Made by a program: the position numbers and the translations under genes. This document shows, one piece after another, positions 13,301 through 23,395 of a stretch of 64,000 nt of DNA. The notes below the pieces were generated by a model. It had not been told where the DNA came from. It worked only from the letters and a program-made list of their open reading frames with translations, and searched no databases. Each line of letters starts with the position of its first letter. Position 1 is the stretch's first letter. Source of the DNA: Lama glama (Eukaryota); assembly GCA_028534125.1 (NCBI GenBank), contig CM052817.1, positions 24,926,001 to 24,990,000 of the forward strand. Direction: 5' to 3'.

Positions 13301-14787
13301 TTTTAAAAAACACCTTAGAAAATAAGAATGCCGTGTGCAATAACAAGTCCAGGATTAGATTCTGCTCCTTTGTAGATTAGGGATCATCTTGCTTCTCTTT
13401 TACCCTCCAGTGGCTAATTTCTCCTTGGCCTTTGGGTGCATCCTTAAACCCTTCAGCCCCGCTTGCTGCGGGCCCGTCTTAAAGGGCCCCCATGCTGGGT
13501 TAAAGGCCCTCTCTGCTGCTTTCTTAGCATCATCTCTTTCCTGGCATGTAGCCTGTCTCACTTGGTCACACAGTTTCCTGTTTACTTGCTGCAGGGGCCC
13601 ACTGGGCCCTAAGGCTTTCCTCTGGGGACAGGTGGCATGTTCAGTGTAGCATCCCTGGGGATGGGTGTGCCAATGTGCGCCATAGATATCCATCAGGTGA
13701 CTGCATAAATGAAAAGACACTTCAGTGGCTTAACTTCCATTGCTGTGCACACAGTGGGCCAGAGTAGGATGCCTGAAATCACTGCTGCTTGGCTTGAAAC
13801 TATAAAGCAGCATTTGTTGGCTCAGAGGGCCTCTGTATTCCTTTCTTGGATTTGGCCAGCCGTGGCCCTTTGGAGAGGAAGAGTAGGGTGATGTTTTTCA
13901 TGTAAGGAAACCTTGTCCTACACCTACTGACACATCCAATCCAAGAATTAGGTTCTTATTAAGCTTTATAGGGGCCAGACCCCATCCAGCTGAATTTCCA
14001 GGGCACTGGGCGGTCAGGGTCCCCCAGTCCGTCAGCCAGGCCGGCTTTTCACAGGCAGGACCACTGCTCCTACCTCCCCCACTCCCAGTAGCCCAGCCCC
14101 TGCTCTGTCCTGGATTCAGGTGGGTCTGGCTTGCCAGCTCCCAGCGTGGCCTCGGTGGGGAGACTGCTGCAGCCTCGTCTCCTTCTTACTGGCCCCTGGC
14201 CCAGCGGTCCCCTTGAGAAGGGCCCTGCTGCCTCAGACTCAAGGAGAGCTTGCTTCCTTCCCTTCCCTTCTTCTCTCATTCATTCGTTGAGTCATTAAAA
14301 TTTGCTGCCATTTCCAGCCCACCTCCTTCTAGTCCAGCTGGCACTGGCTCAGCCCCTGGCTCCAGGAGAGAGGCAGAGCTGCTTCCCTGACAAAGCTTGC
14401 TATTGGCTGCAAGCTGGTGGCTGTCTTGAGAGCCGCTCTTGGCCAGACTAGATCCCTGAAATGGTAGAGCATGAAGCCCTGTGTTGGTAGCACTTAGGGC
14501 TGCTTGCTTTCCTGGCATTGCGGAGAACCTCAGCTCTACCCAGGCAAGACCTTGGGAGAAATGATTTTTACTTTGCTCAACCTCTGCTTCCTTGTGTGCA
14601 AAACAATAAAGTAACAGCTTGCAGGAGAATTTCCAGATAATAATTAGGGCTGTGTAGTAAAGTAGTTAAGTTGACTTGAGCCCGAATCCTGGTTCTGTCT
14701 CTTCGGTTTCCCCATCTGAAATAGGGTAATAGTGGTCCCCACCTCACTTGCTGTAAATGCTTAGAACAATGCCTGATCCCCAATGAG

Positions 14788-15360
14788 TACATTTGTTACA
14801 GTTGATGAACCCTCACTGACATATTGTTATCACCCAAAGTCGGTAGTTTACCTTAGGATTCACTCGTGGTGGTGTACTGTACAGTCTGTGGGTTTGGACA
14901 AATGTATAATGACATGTATCATTATAGCATCATACAGAGTATTTTCACTGCCCTAAAAATCCTCGGTGCCCTGCCTACTCATCCCTTCTCTCCCACCCCC
15001 AGCCTCTGGCAACCACTGGTCTTTTTTCTGGCTCCATAGTTTTGACTTTTCTAGAATGTCATATGTAGTTAGAATCATACAGTGTGTAGCCTTTTCAGAT
15101 AGGCTTCTTTCACTTAGTAATGTACATTTAAGGTTTCTCCATATCTTTTCATGGCTTGATCACTCATTTCTTTTCGGTACTGAATAATATTCAATTGTCT
15201 GGATGTACCACAGTTTATTTATCCGTTCACCTACTAAGGGACATCTTGGTTTCTTCCAAGTTTTGGTAAGTATGAATGAAGTTGCTGTAAACATCCGTGT
15301 GCAGGTTTTTGTGTGGACATGAGTTTTCAACAAATAACAAGGAGTGTGTTTGCTGGATTG
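14788..15360 (-). mobile_element. L1MC-type 3' end
   Basis: acatttgttacagttgatgaacc...cacccaaagtc...gggtttggacaaatgtataatgacatg...; homologous to copies at 27815 and 63160. Confidence 0.8.
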
Positions 15361-16501
15361 AAACGTGACGCACTTAAAGAACTAGATGGAAGTGAACAAA
15401 CTGTTTAAGAAGTGGGAAATCACTCTAATCAAAGGTAAATTAAGCCACTTTTTGGGGGATAAGAAAAAGGAAATTATGATTTGGTATGAAAGAAGGGGGA
15501 AAGGAAGTTTAGGTCTGATTTTTAGTAACTCATAGGTTTGACCAGGAAATAGGAATTGATATTTTGCAGTCTAATTTTTACAGAGAAACATAGTCTTCAG
15601 TGTAGGAAAAAAGTTATTTTTCAGTGAAATTAATGTTATGCAAAGTGGTATTTTTCATGTTTCCATTAGAAAGTATAATTAAAATGTCTGAGTTTAAAGC
15701 TGAGCATCTATGCTTAGGTATAGCACAGGGTGAGGATATCAAAATCTTTTGACTCCAGATTTTCACTGTTTTCTTTTATGAGCTCATTGCCGCTGGGTTT
15801 TTCCATGAATTTGAAACATGTGTGTGCTGCACTTTGGAAAGATTATTTGCTTAAACTTCATAGACTGAGCTAAAAATAGGAAAACACAGTTTCTATTTTT
15901 GGAATATCTTACCAGCTAAAAAGTGAATATAGTTACGATACATATTAAGCAAAATATTGAGAAGGGAACAGTTACTTAAATAGCAAAATATATCAATTTA
16001 GCTGGTTTCAAAATGTCACAAGTACGGAAATGAATTGATTGTTATTTCTAAGGAAGAGAAAAAGCTGCATCATAAAGTAAATTTCTGTTTTAACAAGACT
16101 GCTGAGTGCAGAGAGAAAAAAGGCACCCCGAACTGGTGTGGGCTTTATTCTTGGGATTTGTTACTGCCCGGTTCCCTCTAGAGTCACAATTTCAGTGGCT
16201 CCCTTTTTACACTGTGGAGTCCTGTTCTAGCTGGGCTTGACAGCCAGCTTTTAATTTTGCAATGTAGTGAAGGTGGCTGGAGCCACTTAAAATGTTCTTA
16301 TTAAATGTATTTGCTGTTATTCTGGCTAACGAGAGACTACAACTTGATGCACAAAACCAAAACATAAAATTAGAGACCTTAATTTAAACGTTGACACGGA
16401 TCTATCAAAGTAGAATGTTCTTCAGTTAATCCCCTGAACTTATTGTTTACCTCCAAATAAATCTTCATAAAATGTGTCCACCCACATCCCTCCTGTACTT
16501 T

Positions 16502-17001
16502 NNNNNNNNNNNNNNNNNNNNNNNNNNNNNNNNNNNNNNNNNNNNNNNNNNNNNNNNNNNNNNNNNNNNNNNNNNNNNNNNNNNNNNNNNNNNNNNNNNN
16601 NNNNNNNNNNNNNNNNNNNNNNNNNNNNNNNNNNNNNNNNNNNNNNNNNNNNNNNNNNNNNNNNNNNNNNNNNNNNNNNNNNNNNNNNNNNNNNNNNNNN
16701 NNNNNNNNNNNNNNNNNNNNNNNNNNNNNNNNNNNNNNNNNNNNNNNNNNNNNNNNNNNNNNNNNNNNNNNNNNNNNNNNNNNNNNNNNNNNNNNNNNNN
16801 NNNNNNNNNNNNNNNNNNNNNNNNNNNNNNNNNNNNNNNNNNNNNNNNNNNNNNNNNNNNNNNNNNNNNNNNNNNNNNNNNNNNNNNNNNNNNNNNNNNN
16901 NNNNNNNNNNNNNNNNNNNNNNNNNNNNNNNNNNNNNNNNNNNNNNNNNNNNNNNNNNNNNNNNNNNNNNNNNNNNNNNNNNNNNNNNNNNNNNNNNNNN
17001 N
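16502..17001. other. Assembly gap (500 N)
   Basis: Run of exactly 500 N. Confidence 0.99.
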
Positions 17002-17359
17002 TTCCGTCAGCCTAGGAAACGCCATGGCACCCTTGGGTGTGCCATGAGGCTCAGGGTCTATTGGAAGCCGAATCCTCTGCCATCTTGGTTTTACCCAGTT
17101 AACCTATACTCAACTGCTGTGCTGTTCTTTTAACAGTTGTGCCCTGCCTCCTTCCCTCCTGTCTTCTACTACTACTACTGCTACTGCTACTGCTAACATC
17201 AGCTAACATTTCCTGAGCACCTACAATGTAAAAGGATTCAGGCTGACTGCTTTATATGCATCCCATTTCATTTTAAAACTAGACCCTAGAAGTGTGGGTT
17301 CCATTATTACGCAGGTTCAGGGAATTAATTTATCTAAAGTCATTAAACCATCCATCATC

Positions 17360-17835
17360 ATTTAAAAACTGAGTTATAATTCACATACTATGAAATTTGG
17401 GTTTTAGTGTATTCATCAATTTGTGTAACCATCACATCACTACTATCTAATTCCAAAGTATTTTCATCACCTCAAAAAGAAATGTCATACTCATTAACAG
17501 TCACTCCCCATTTTTTCCCTCCCTCTAGTCCCTGGAAGCCACAAATCTATTTTCTGTTTCTATGGATTTTGGATTTTTTTTATAAACAGAGTCATATACT
17601 ATATAGTTTTTTATGTCTGGCTTCTTTCACTTAGCATAATGTTTTCAAGGTCCATTTATGTTGTAACATGCCTCGGTAGCTTATCACTTTTTATGACCAA
17701 ATAATATTCTGCTGTGTGGGTACACTATCCATTCATCAGTCGAAGGACATTCGGGTTGTTTCCACTTTTTAGCCATTATGAATAATACTACTGTGAACAT
17801 TCATGTATAAATTTTTCATAGACATAATATTTCCA
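17360..17835 (-). mobile_element. L1MB-type 3' fragment
   Basis: ataattcacatac...tgtctggcttctttcacttagcataatgttttcaagg...gttgtttccactttttagccattatgaataat. Confidence 0.75.
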
Positions 17836-18365
17836 ATTTCTACAGAGAGATTTTTTTTTCCCCATGCCTTTTTTTTGGATTTGATAGTATCCTTAGCAAA
17901 TATTTTTTCTGGAAACAAACTTTAATGCCAGTGAGAGATGCCTGCACACCTGCAAACTACCATTTACTAAAATGCTCTCTCTGCAATGTGAGCTCTGATT
18001 TCTATGCTATCTGCCCTAGTAAGGGTTGATATCCAGAGATGAGCATCAATCCTTCAATCCTGCCAGCTGGTCCTTCCTGGAAAGCTCACTCTCTCATCAC
18101 CATCTGTAAAAGTCCTGATGTCTTTCAGCCAGGATGCTGGTTCTTCGTTTGCAGCCTTAAGTTATCTTTCGTTCCTTTGGGACTCCGTGGAGCTTCACCT
18201 GGGCCTTTCCCTTGGCATTTTACACTCTTCCCTGCTACCCTCTAGGTCTAATCCACGCAGGCTTCAGGTTTGATCACCTTTGCTATTCCTTGCTAGGACA
18301 CGTGTTGCTTTACACAATAGGTGCTAATGAATATTCGCGAACTGAATAAATTCTTGATCAGTTGC

Positions 18366-19187
18366 TGTGATATTGCGATTTACAGTAAGAAATTTTTGGT
18401 CTTTGTTTCCCTTTCTGGCACAGAGCTTCCAAAGCTTTGGAATTTCCTGTGAAGAGAGGGATAAAGGTGTCTTTTGTTATGTTAATACGGTGACCTTTGG
18501 AAAGCCCCTAGGTCACTTTAGGATGGAGGTTGGTTGCCAAGGGAACCAACCTTGTGATTAGAAGGTTGAAACTTTCAGTCCCACCTCCTGAACTCTGGGG
18601 AAGGGAGAGGGGCTGGAGATTGAGCTCAGTCGCTAAAGGCCAGTGATGTAAACAATTATACCTACGTAATGAAGCCTCTATAAATACCCAAAAGGATGAG
18701 GTTTGGAGAGTTTCTGGGCTGGTAAACAGGTGCAGATTTGGGGAGAGTGGTGTGCCCAGAAAGAGCATGGAAGCTCTGCTGCCTTTCCCCATACCTTGCC
18801 CTATGCATCTCTTTCATGTGACTGTTCCTGAGTTGTATCCTTTTATAATAAACCAGTAAGCAGCATGTTTCCCTGAGTTCTGTGAGTCACTCTAGCAAAT
18901 TAATTGAACCCAAGGAGGGTGCTGTTGGAACCTCCAATCCATAGCTAGTTATTGGGAGCATAAGTGACAACCTGGACTTGCCATTGGTGTGTGAAGTTGG
19001 CACGGTGATGGGGTGGGGAGGGGACAGTCTTGTAGGACTAAGCCCTTAACCTGTGGGATCTGACACAGTCTACCTGGAGATAGTGTCAGAATTCAGTTGA
19101 ACTGTAGGACACTCAGCTAGTATCCCAGAATAACATGGTGATGTGGCAGAAAATACAAAACACATTGTAACTGGTGTCAGAGTCATA
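18366..19187 (+). mobile_element. Solo LTR, MER21-like (ERVL), 822 bp
   Basis: Begins TGTGATATTG; recalled MER21 motifs (gggaaccaaccttgtgattagaaggttgaaactttcag; ctctagcaaattaattgaacccaaggag); AATAAA at ~18847; 5-bp direct repeat GTTGC at 18361-18365 and 19188-19192. Confidence 0.8.
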
Positions 19188-19773
19188 GTTGCCAAGTGCC
19201 AAATGGTTCTGATTCATTTGAAGCCAAGCTGAGTTTCCTTGTCCAGTTGGTATTACAATGGCTCTATTTTTAACCAGGTCTTGTGGTGAGAGGAACAGGT
19301 TACAGAGTGAGGTCGTGCTGTTGCATACGTCCTGCCTCAGCGCCCTCCACATCTGAGCTCATGGAGAGCAGCCTGTCAGCATCTCCTCCTGAACTCTCAG
19401 GAGGCTTTTCTGTCCTTGCCCCTTTCTCCTCCTCAAAGGAGAAACATGGAAGATGAGTAGGACAGGAGTGTCGGGTTTATCTGGGGAGTTATGGTCAGGC
19501 TTAGTAGATGAGCAATTCTTCCAGTTCTTGGTTTGCCTCCCTCTTTTTAGTCCTCTTTTAATGTCTCAGGAAAACTGAGATGGTGAAACATTAAAGCTTC
19601 CTTTTAAAGGTACTTAGAGAGTAGTCTTGGATTTTCTGTACATCCTATTTGGATGCAGTCCTATTTGGATAACCTGTTGCTCTCCACAGAGCAACTGTAT
19701 CCTTTTTTTTTTTTTTTTAAATAAGGGATCCAGAACTATAGAAGTGGTTCTCAATCCTGGCTGATAATCAGAA

Positions 19774-19810
<37 letters not shown>
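19774..19810. repeat. (TC)n(CA)n compound microsatellite
   Basis: Read directly. Confidence 0.95.
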
Positions 19811-19811
<1 letters not shown>

Positions 19812-21180
19812 TCACTCCTCCAAGCTTTAAGTAAATCCAGAGATCAACACCAATAATACCTCTCTTGCTGAATTCATTTGGCTCACACATTTTGCTTGGC
19901 TGGATGGAATGTTTTAATAATTGAGCACGCGTCCTCCAAGATGCCACAGTTCATTCATTCCTTATTGTCTCACTTGGCCCTCTTCACACCTTTATATGAC
20001 CCACCTGCCCTTTGAGGTCTCTAAGAATTTGACCCTGCCCCAGACCAGCCAAATCATCTGCCCTCCTTCCTCACCCACCAGCCTTAGCATCACAGGTAAC
20101 TCTGATAGACAATCAGGGCTGGGAACCATCAGCATCTTTGAGCAATGATTATTCTGTCAATAAATGTTCCCAATGCTGGCTGAAAGGGACTCACCAGGGA
20201 GCTATTAAGAATTACCATGCCCTCTCTACATACAGCTCTTCCCTGGGGGAATATACAGTTTCTTGGAGAAAGATACATTTTTCAGATGGGAGATGTAGTA
20301 TTTTAAGGGAAATTGTTTTGAATGTGGGCTCCATTGGATTAAAGTTCCCTTTAATGAACTTCCAGATTGTAATAGTTTCTGTTGGCAAGCTACTTGTTGG
20401 CAGGAAATTAAGATCTTTCATGTATATTTCTTAAAATATTTGGTGTTAGAGCCCCACACGTATCAAGTCCACCCATTGGAAAAGTCCTTATGTTCCCAGG
20501 AAATGAGTGATTCTGCCCAGCCTTGGATCGGGCAGGAAGACCTGGAGCAGAGAGAGACCTCTCTGAGCCTAAAAGACATGTAAGGTTTAGGCAAATTCAA
20601 ACCAGGATCTGTAGGAGACGCCACCCAGATGTATATATACATGGAGAACTGGATCCAGGTTTAAACAATGAAGTGAGGCTGTCCCTATTTCACCTGCCCA
20701 CACACTTTATAACTGTTATACTCAGGATTTGGTCTGAGTTAAATTTTTTTTTTGCAAGAAGTGCAATTTTCATTCTAAACTTAAGGTAATATTTCTTTTT
20801 TTGCCTCCCTACCTTCTGCCAAAGAAGAAAATTTATCTCAGTCAGTTGGAGGTAATTCAGGTTTCTTCCATTAATTTCAGGTCCCCCTCCTCCTTTCCAT
20901 GGAGTCACCTCTCAGTCCTGGGCATTTTCATAGGACTCGGACTAGGGACTGGAGCGGTGGTGTACGATGATGTTTGTTACCTGTCTAGCCTTCCCTCCTG
21001 GTCCTCAGCTGCTTATCCGCTCCCATCGAAACAATGTTGCTTCCTTGTGGCTCTCTAGCTCTTCCTCTGCTGAGCTGGATCACACCATTACAAGGAGGAA
21101 GGACAGTTTTTGTTGTTCTCTCAAGGGGCCGTTGGTCAGTAACACTATTTGAAGGCCAGTGTCAATGAATCTTATATACT

Positions 21181-21347
21181 AGTGCATTTCAAACTTTGTG
21201 TGCATCCTGGCCACCTGGAGTCATGGTAAAATGAAGGTTCTAACTCCATAAGGGGGGATTAGGGCAGGGTCTGAGAGTCTGCATTTCTGCCAGATTGTCA
21301 GGTGATGTAAGGCAGCTGGTCCATGGACCACACTTTAAGTAGCAAGG
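21181..21347. mobile_element. MER5-like hAT-Charlie MITE
   Basis: ctgagagtctgcatttct...caggtgatg...gctggtccatggaccacactttaagtagcaagg. Confidence 0.72.
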
Positions 21348-21611
21348 CTGATAGGGCCACAAAGGCTCTCACTTTAATGGAGCTCTCAGCTTCTTTTTCT
21401 TCTGCTTGTTTGGGGGAATGATGTGGTAACAGGGAATGATTTGGCTAAATGGATGCAAATGCACTCCCCCTTTCCATCTTTTAATTTCTTTAGAGAACAT
21501 CACTGCTTAAAAGAATCAAAGAATAGCACTTCCCTAGGATGTTCAGAAAACCCTTTTCAATTACCCAGGTAGGCTCCATTAGAATGATATCACTCGTGAC
21601 TTTGACCATGC

Positions 21612-21757
21612 CTTTATCTTTTTTTTCTTTTTGGTGGGGGTTGGGGGAGAGGTAATTTATTTTATTATTTATTTTTAGTGGAGGTACCAGGGATTGAACC
21701 CAGGACCTAGTGCATGATAAGCATGCACTCTACCACTTGAGCTATTACCCCCACCTC
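21612..21757 (-). mobile_element. tRNA-derived SINE (Vic-1-like)
   Basis: gggattgaacccaggacc...gcatgcactctaccacttgagct core with T-rich tail on the left. Confidence 0.85.
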
Positions 21758-21799
21758 CTTTTAGCCTATTCCCATGCAACCTATGTGGGAAGAGAAAAA

Positions 21800-22298
21800 A
21801 AGACACCCCTCCCTTCTCCATGGTCCTCTCTTGGTATTTATGCTTTGTGTAATCTCTTTGCCTTATAGGTAGACTAGATTTATTTCCTTGATTTTAACGA
21901 ATAAAAAACAGCAGAAGTCTTGGGATGTCCCTTCTGAGATTAGTTTATAAAACGACTGACCTCCTTGGACACGTGTTCTTTGATGGGTCACTTGTGCTGG
22001 GGGATGCAGGCTCCCCTTTTGTGAGCAGCCCTATGGGGAGAACTACATGTTGCAGCACGAAACTGAGGCTATGAGTCTAGCAGCCTACAAGGAACTGAAT
22101 TCTGGGAACAACTGTGTTTGTGAACTTTAAAGTGAATCCTTCAGTGCCAGCCCCATCTTGAAACAACGGGAGCCCAGCTAACAGACCTTCAGCCAGAGAC
22201 ACCAGCAAAGATGCTCCTGGATTTTTGACCCAACAGAAACTGCTTTTAGATTCTTAGTTTTGAGGTAATTTGTTATGCAGCAATAGATAATGAATATA
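21800..22298 (+). mobile_element. MLT1-type MaLR LTR
   Basis: Ends tttgaggtaatttgttatgcagcaatagataatgaatata, the characteristic MLT1 3' end. Confidence 0.7.
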
Positions 22299-23214
22299 CC
22301 CATCTAACTGAGATACCAGACATTCGGGGAACATCATTAAAATGTCCTACGGCCCCTCATGAAGAAAAGACACAATTAATATGACAAAAGGAAAGCAGCA
22401 GGTCCTGGGGCTAGGGCGGTGGTTTGGCCTGAGGAACGCAGTGAGTGGCTTAACATGACACATATGTTACACATTGGCTATTAATGCGACCTTTGGCCTT
22501 TTTTTTTTTCTTCAATGTGCAACTCTTGGGTATCTGAATTTGAAACTCAGCTTAACCTTTGCAGCTATAAACGGACTACACTGCTTAACATCTTGCCTTA
22601 GGAGGGGGAAAAAAAAACCTTGTGAAACCAACATTTCTCACATTGCTAAAACCTCCCTGGCAGGAACTTAAGGTTATTTTTCCACCGCCCCTTTTCTAGT
22701 CTCAACAGTTGTGTTTTCTGACTCCAAGAAAACCACCTTTGATTACATAAAGGTATTAGGAGCCAGGGAAACACTAGCTCTTTTGTTACCAGCTATCTCG
22801 AGCGTTTAAGAAACACTCGGGGTTGGGGGGGAGGTAACCCCTGGAAAGTTGGGCGGGCTTTGTGTTCGCTCCAATTCTGGGGCTTTTATCAAGCCTCAGA
22901 GAGAGGAATTCCTAGTTTTCTGAAAGTTGGGCGAAAGGGACCCCAGAGGCCTAGAAAGCCGCGTCCCTGGCCCTCTGCGTTCACGACTCCTCCCCCGGTA
23001 GCCCCGCGGCCCGGGGCATCCCGGAGGAGGGCGACCCCCGCGGGTCCCAACTTCCCGCCGCGAGCCGAACGTGGGGGTGGGCGGGGTGGGGGCGGGGTCG
23101 GCTGCGCTCCCTCCCCTCCCTCCCCTCCCCCCGGCTCTCCCCACCCACTTCCCTTTCTCAGCCGGGCAGCCCCGCGGGCGCGACCTCTCCGGGCAGTGAC
23201 GAGTGGGGAGGAGC

Positions 23215-23244
<30 letters not shown>
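23215..23244. repeat. (CCG)10 trinucleotide repeat in the putative 5' UTR
   Basis: Ten perfect CCG units read directly from the sequence. Confidence 0.97.
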
Positions 23245-23245
<1 letters not shown>

Positions 23246-23255
23246 GGGGGGAGCC

Positions 23256-23327
23256 ATGCCCGGGCCCCGCCGCGCCCCGAGCCCGCCCCCGGCTGCCCGC
23301 CGCCCCACGGGCCGGCGGCGGGAGTGA
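23256..23327 (+). other. Upstream ORF (MPGPRRAPSPPPAARRPTGRRRE*) in the putative 5' UTR
   Basis: GAGCCATGC start context, TGA at 23325-23327, ends 38 nt before the ATG at 23366 and in a different frame. Confidence 0.55.
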
Positions 23328-23365
23328 GCGGGAGCGGCGGGCGACGAGCCGCCGCCCGGCCTGCG

Positions 23366-23395
23366 ATGTCACCATTGTTCAGCTGGGTGGCCAAG
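23366..23395 (+). CDS. TBC1D1: Putative coding part of an alternative first exon of TBC1D1 (MSPLFSWVAK)
   Basis: GCG ATG TCA CCA TTG TTC AGC TGG GTG GCC AAG|gtaggc inside a CpG island: G at -3, good donor, phase 0 matching the exon at 49102. Splicing is inferred, not observed. Confidence 0.72.

Noticed and set aside
16465..17133. Three long ORFs of 186-219 aa
   Set aside because: Artefacts of translating the N gap.
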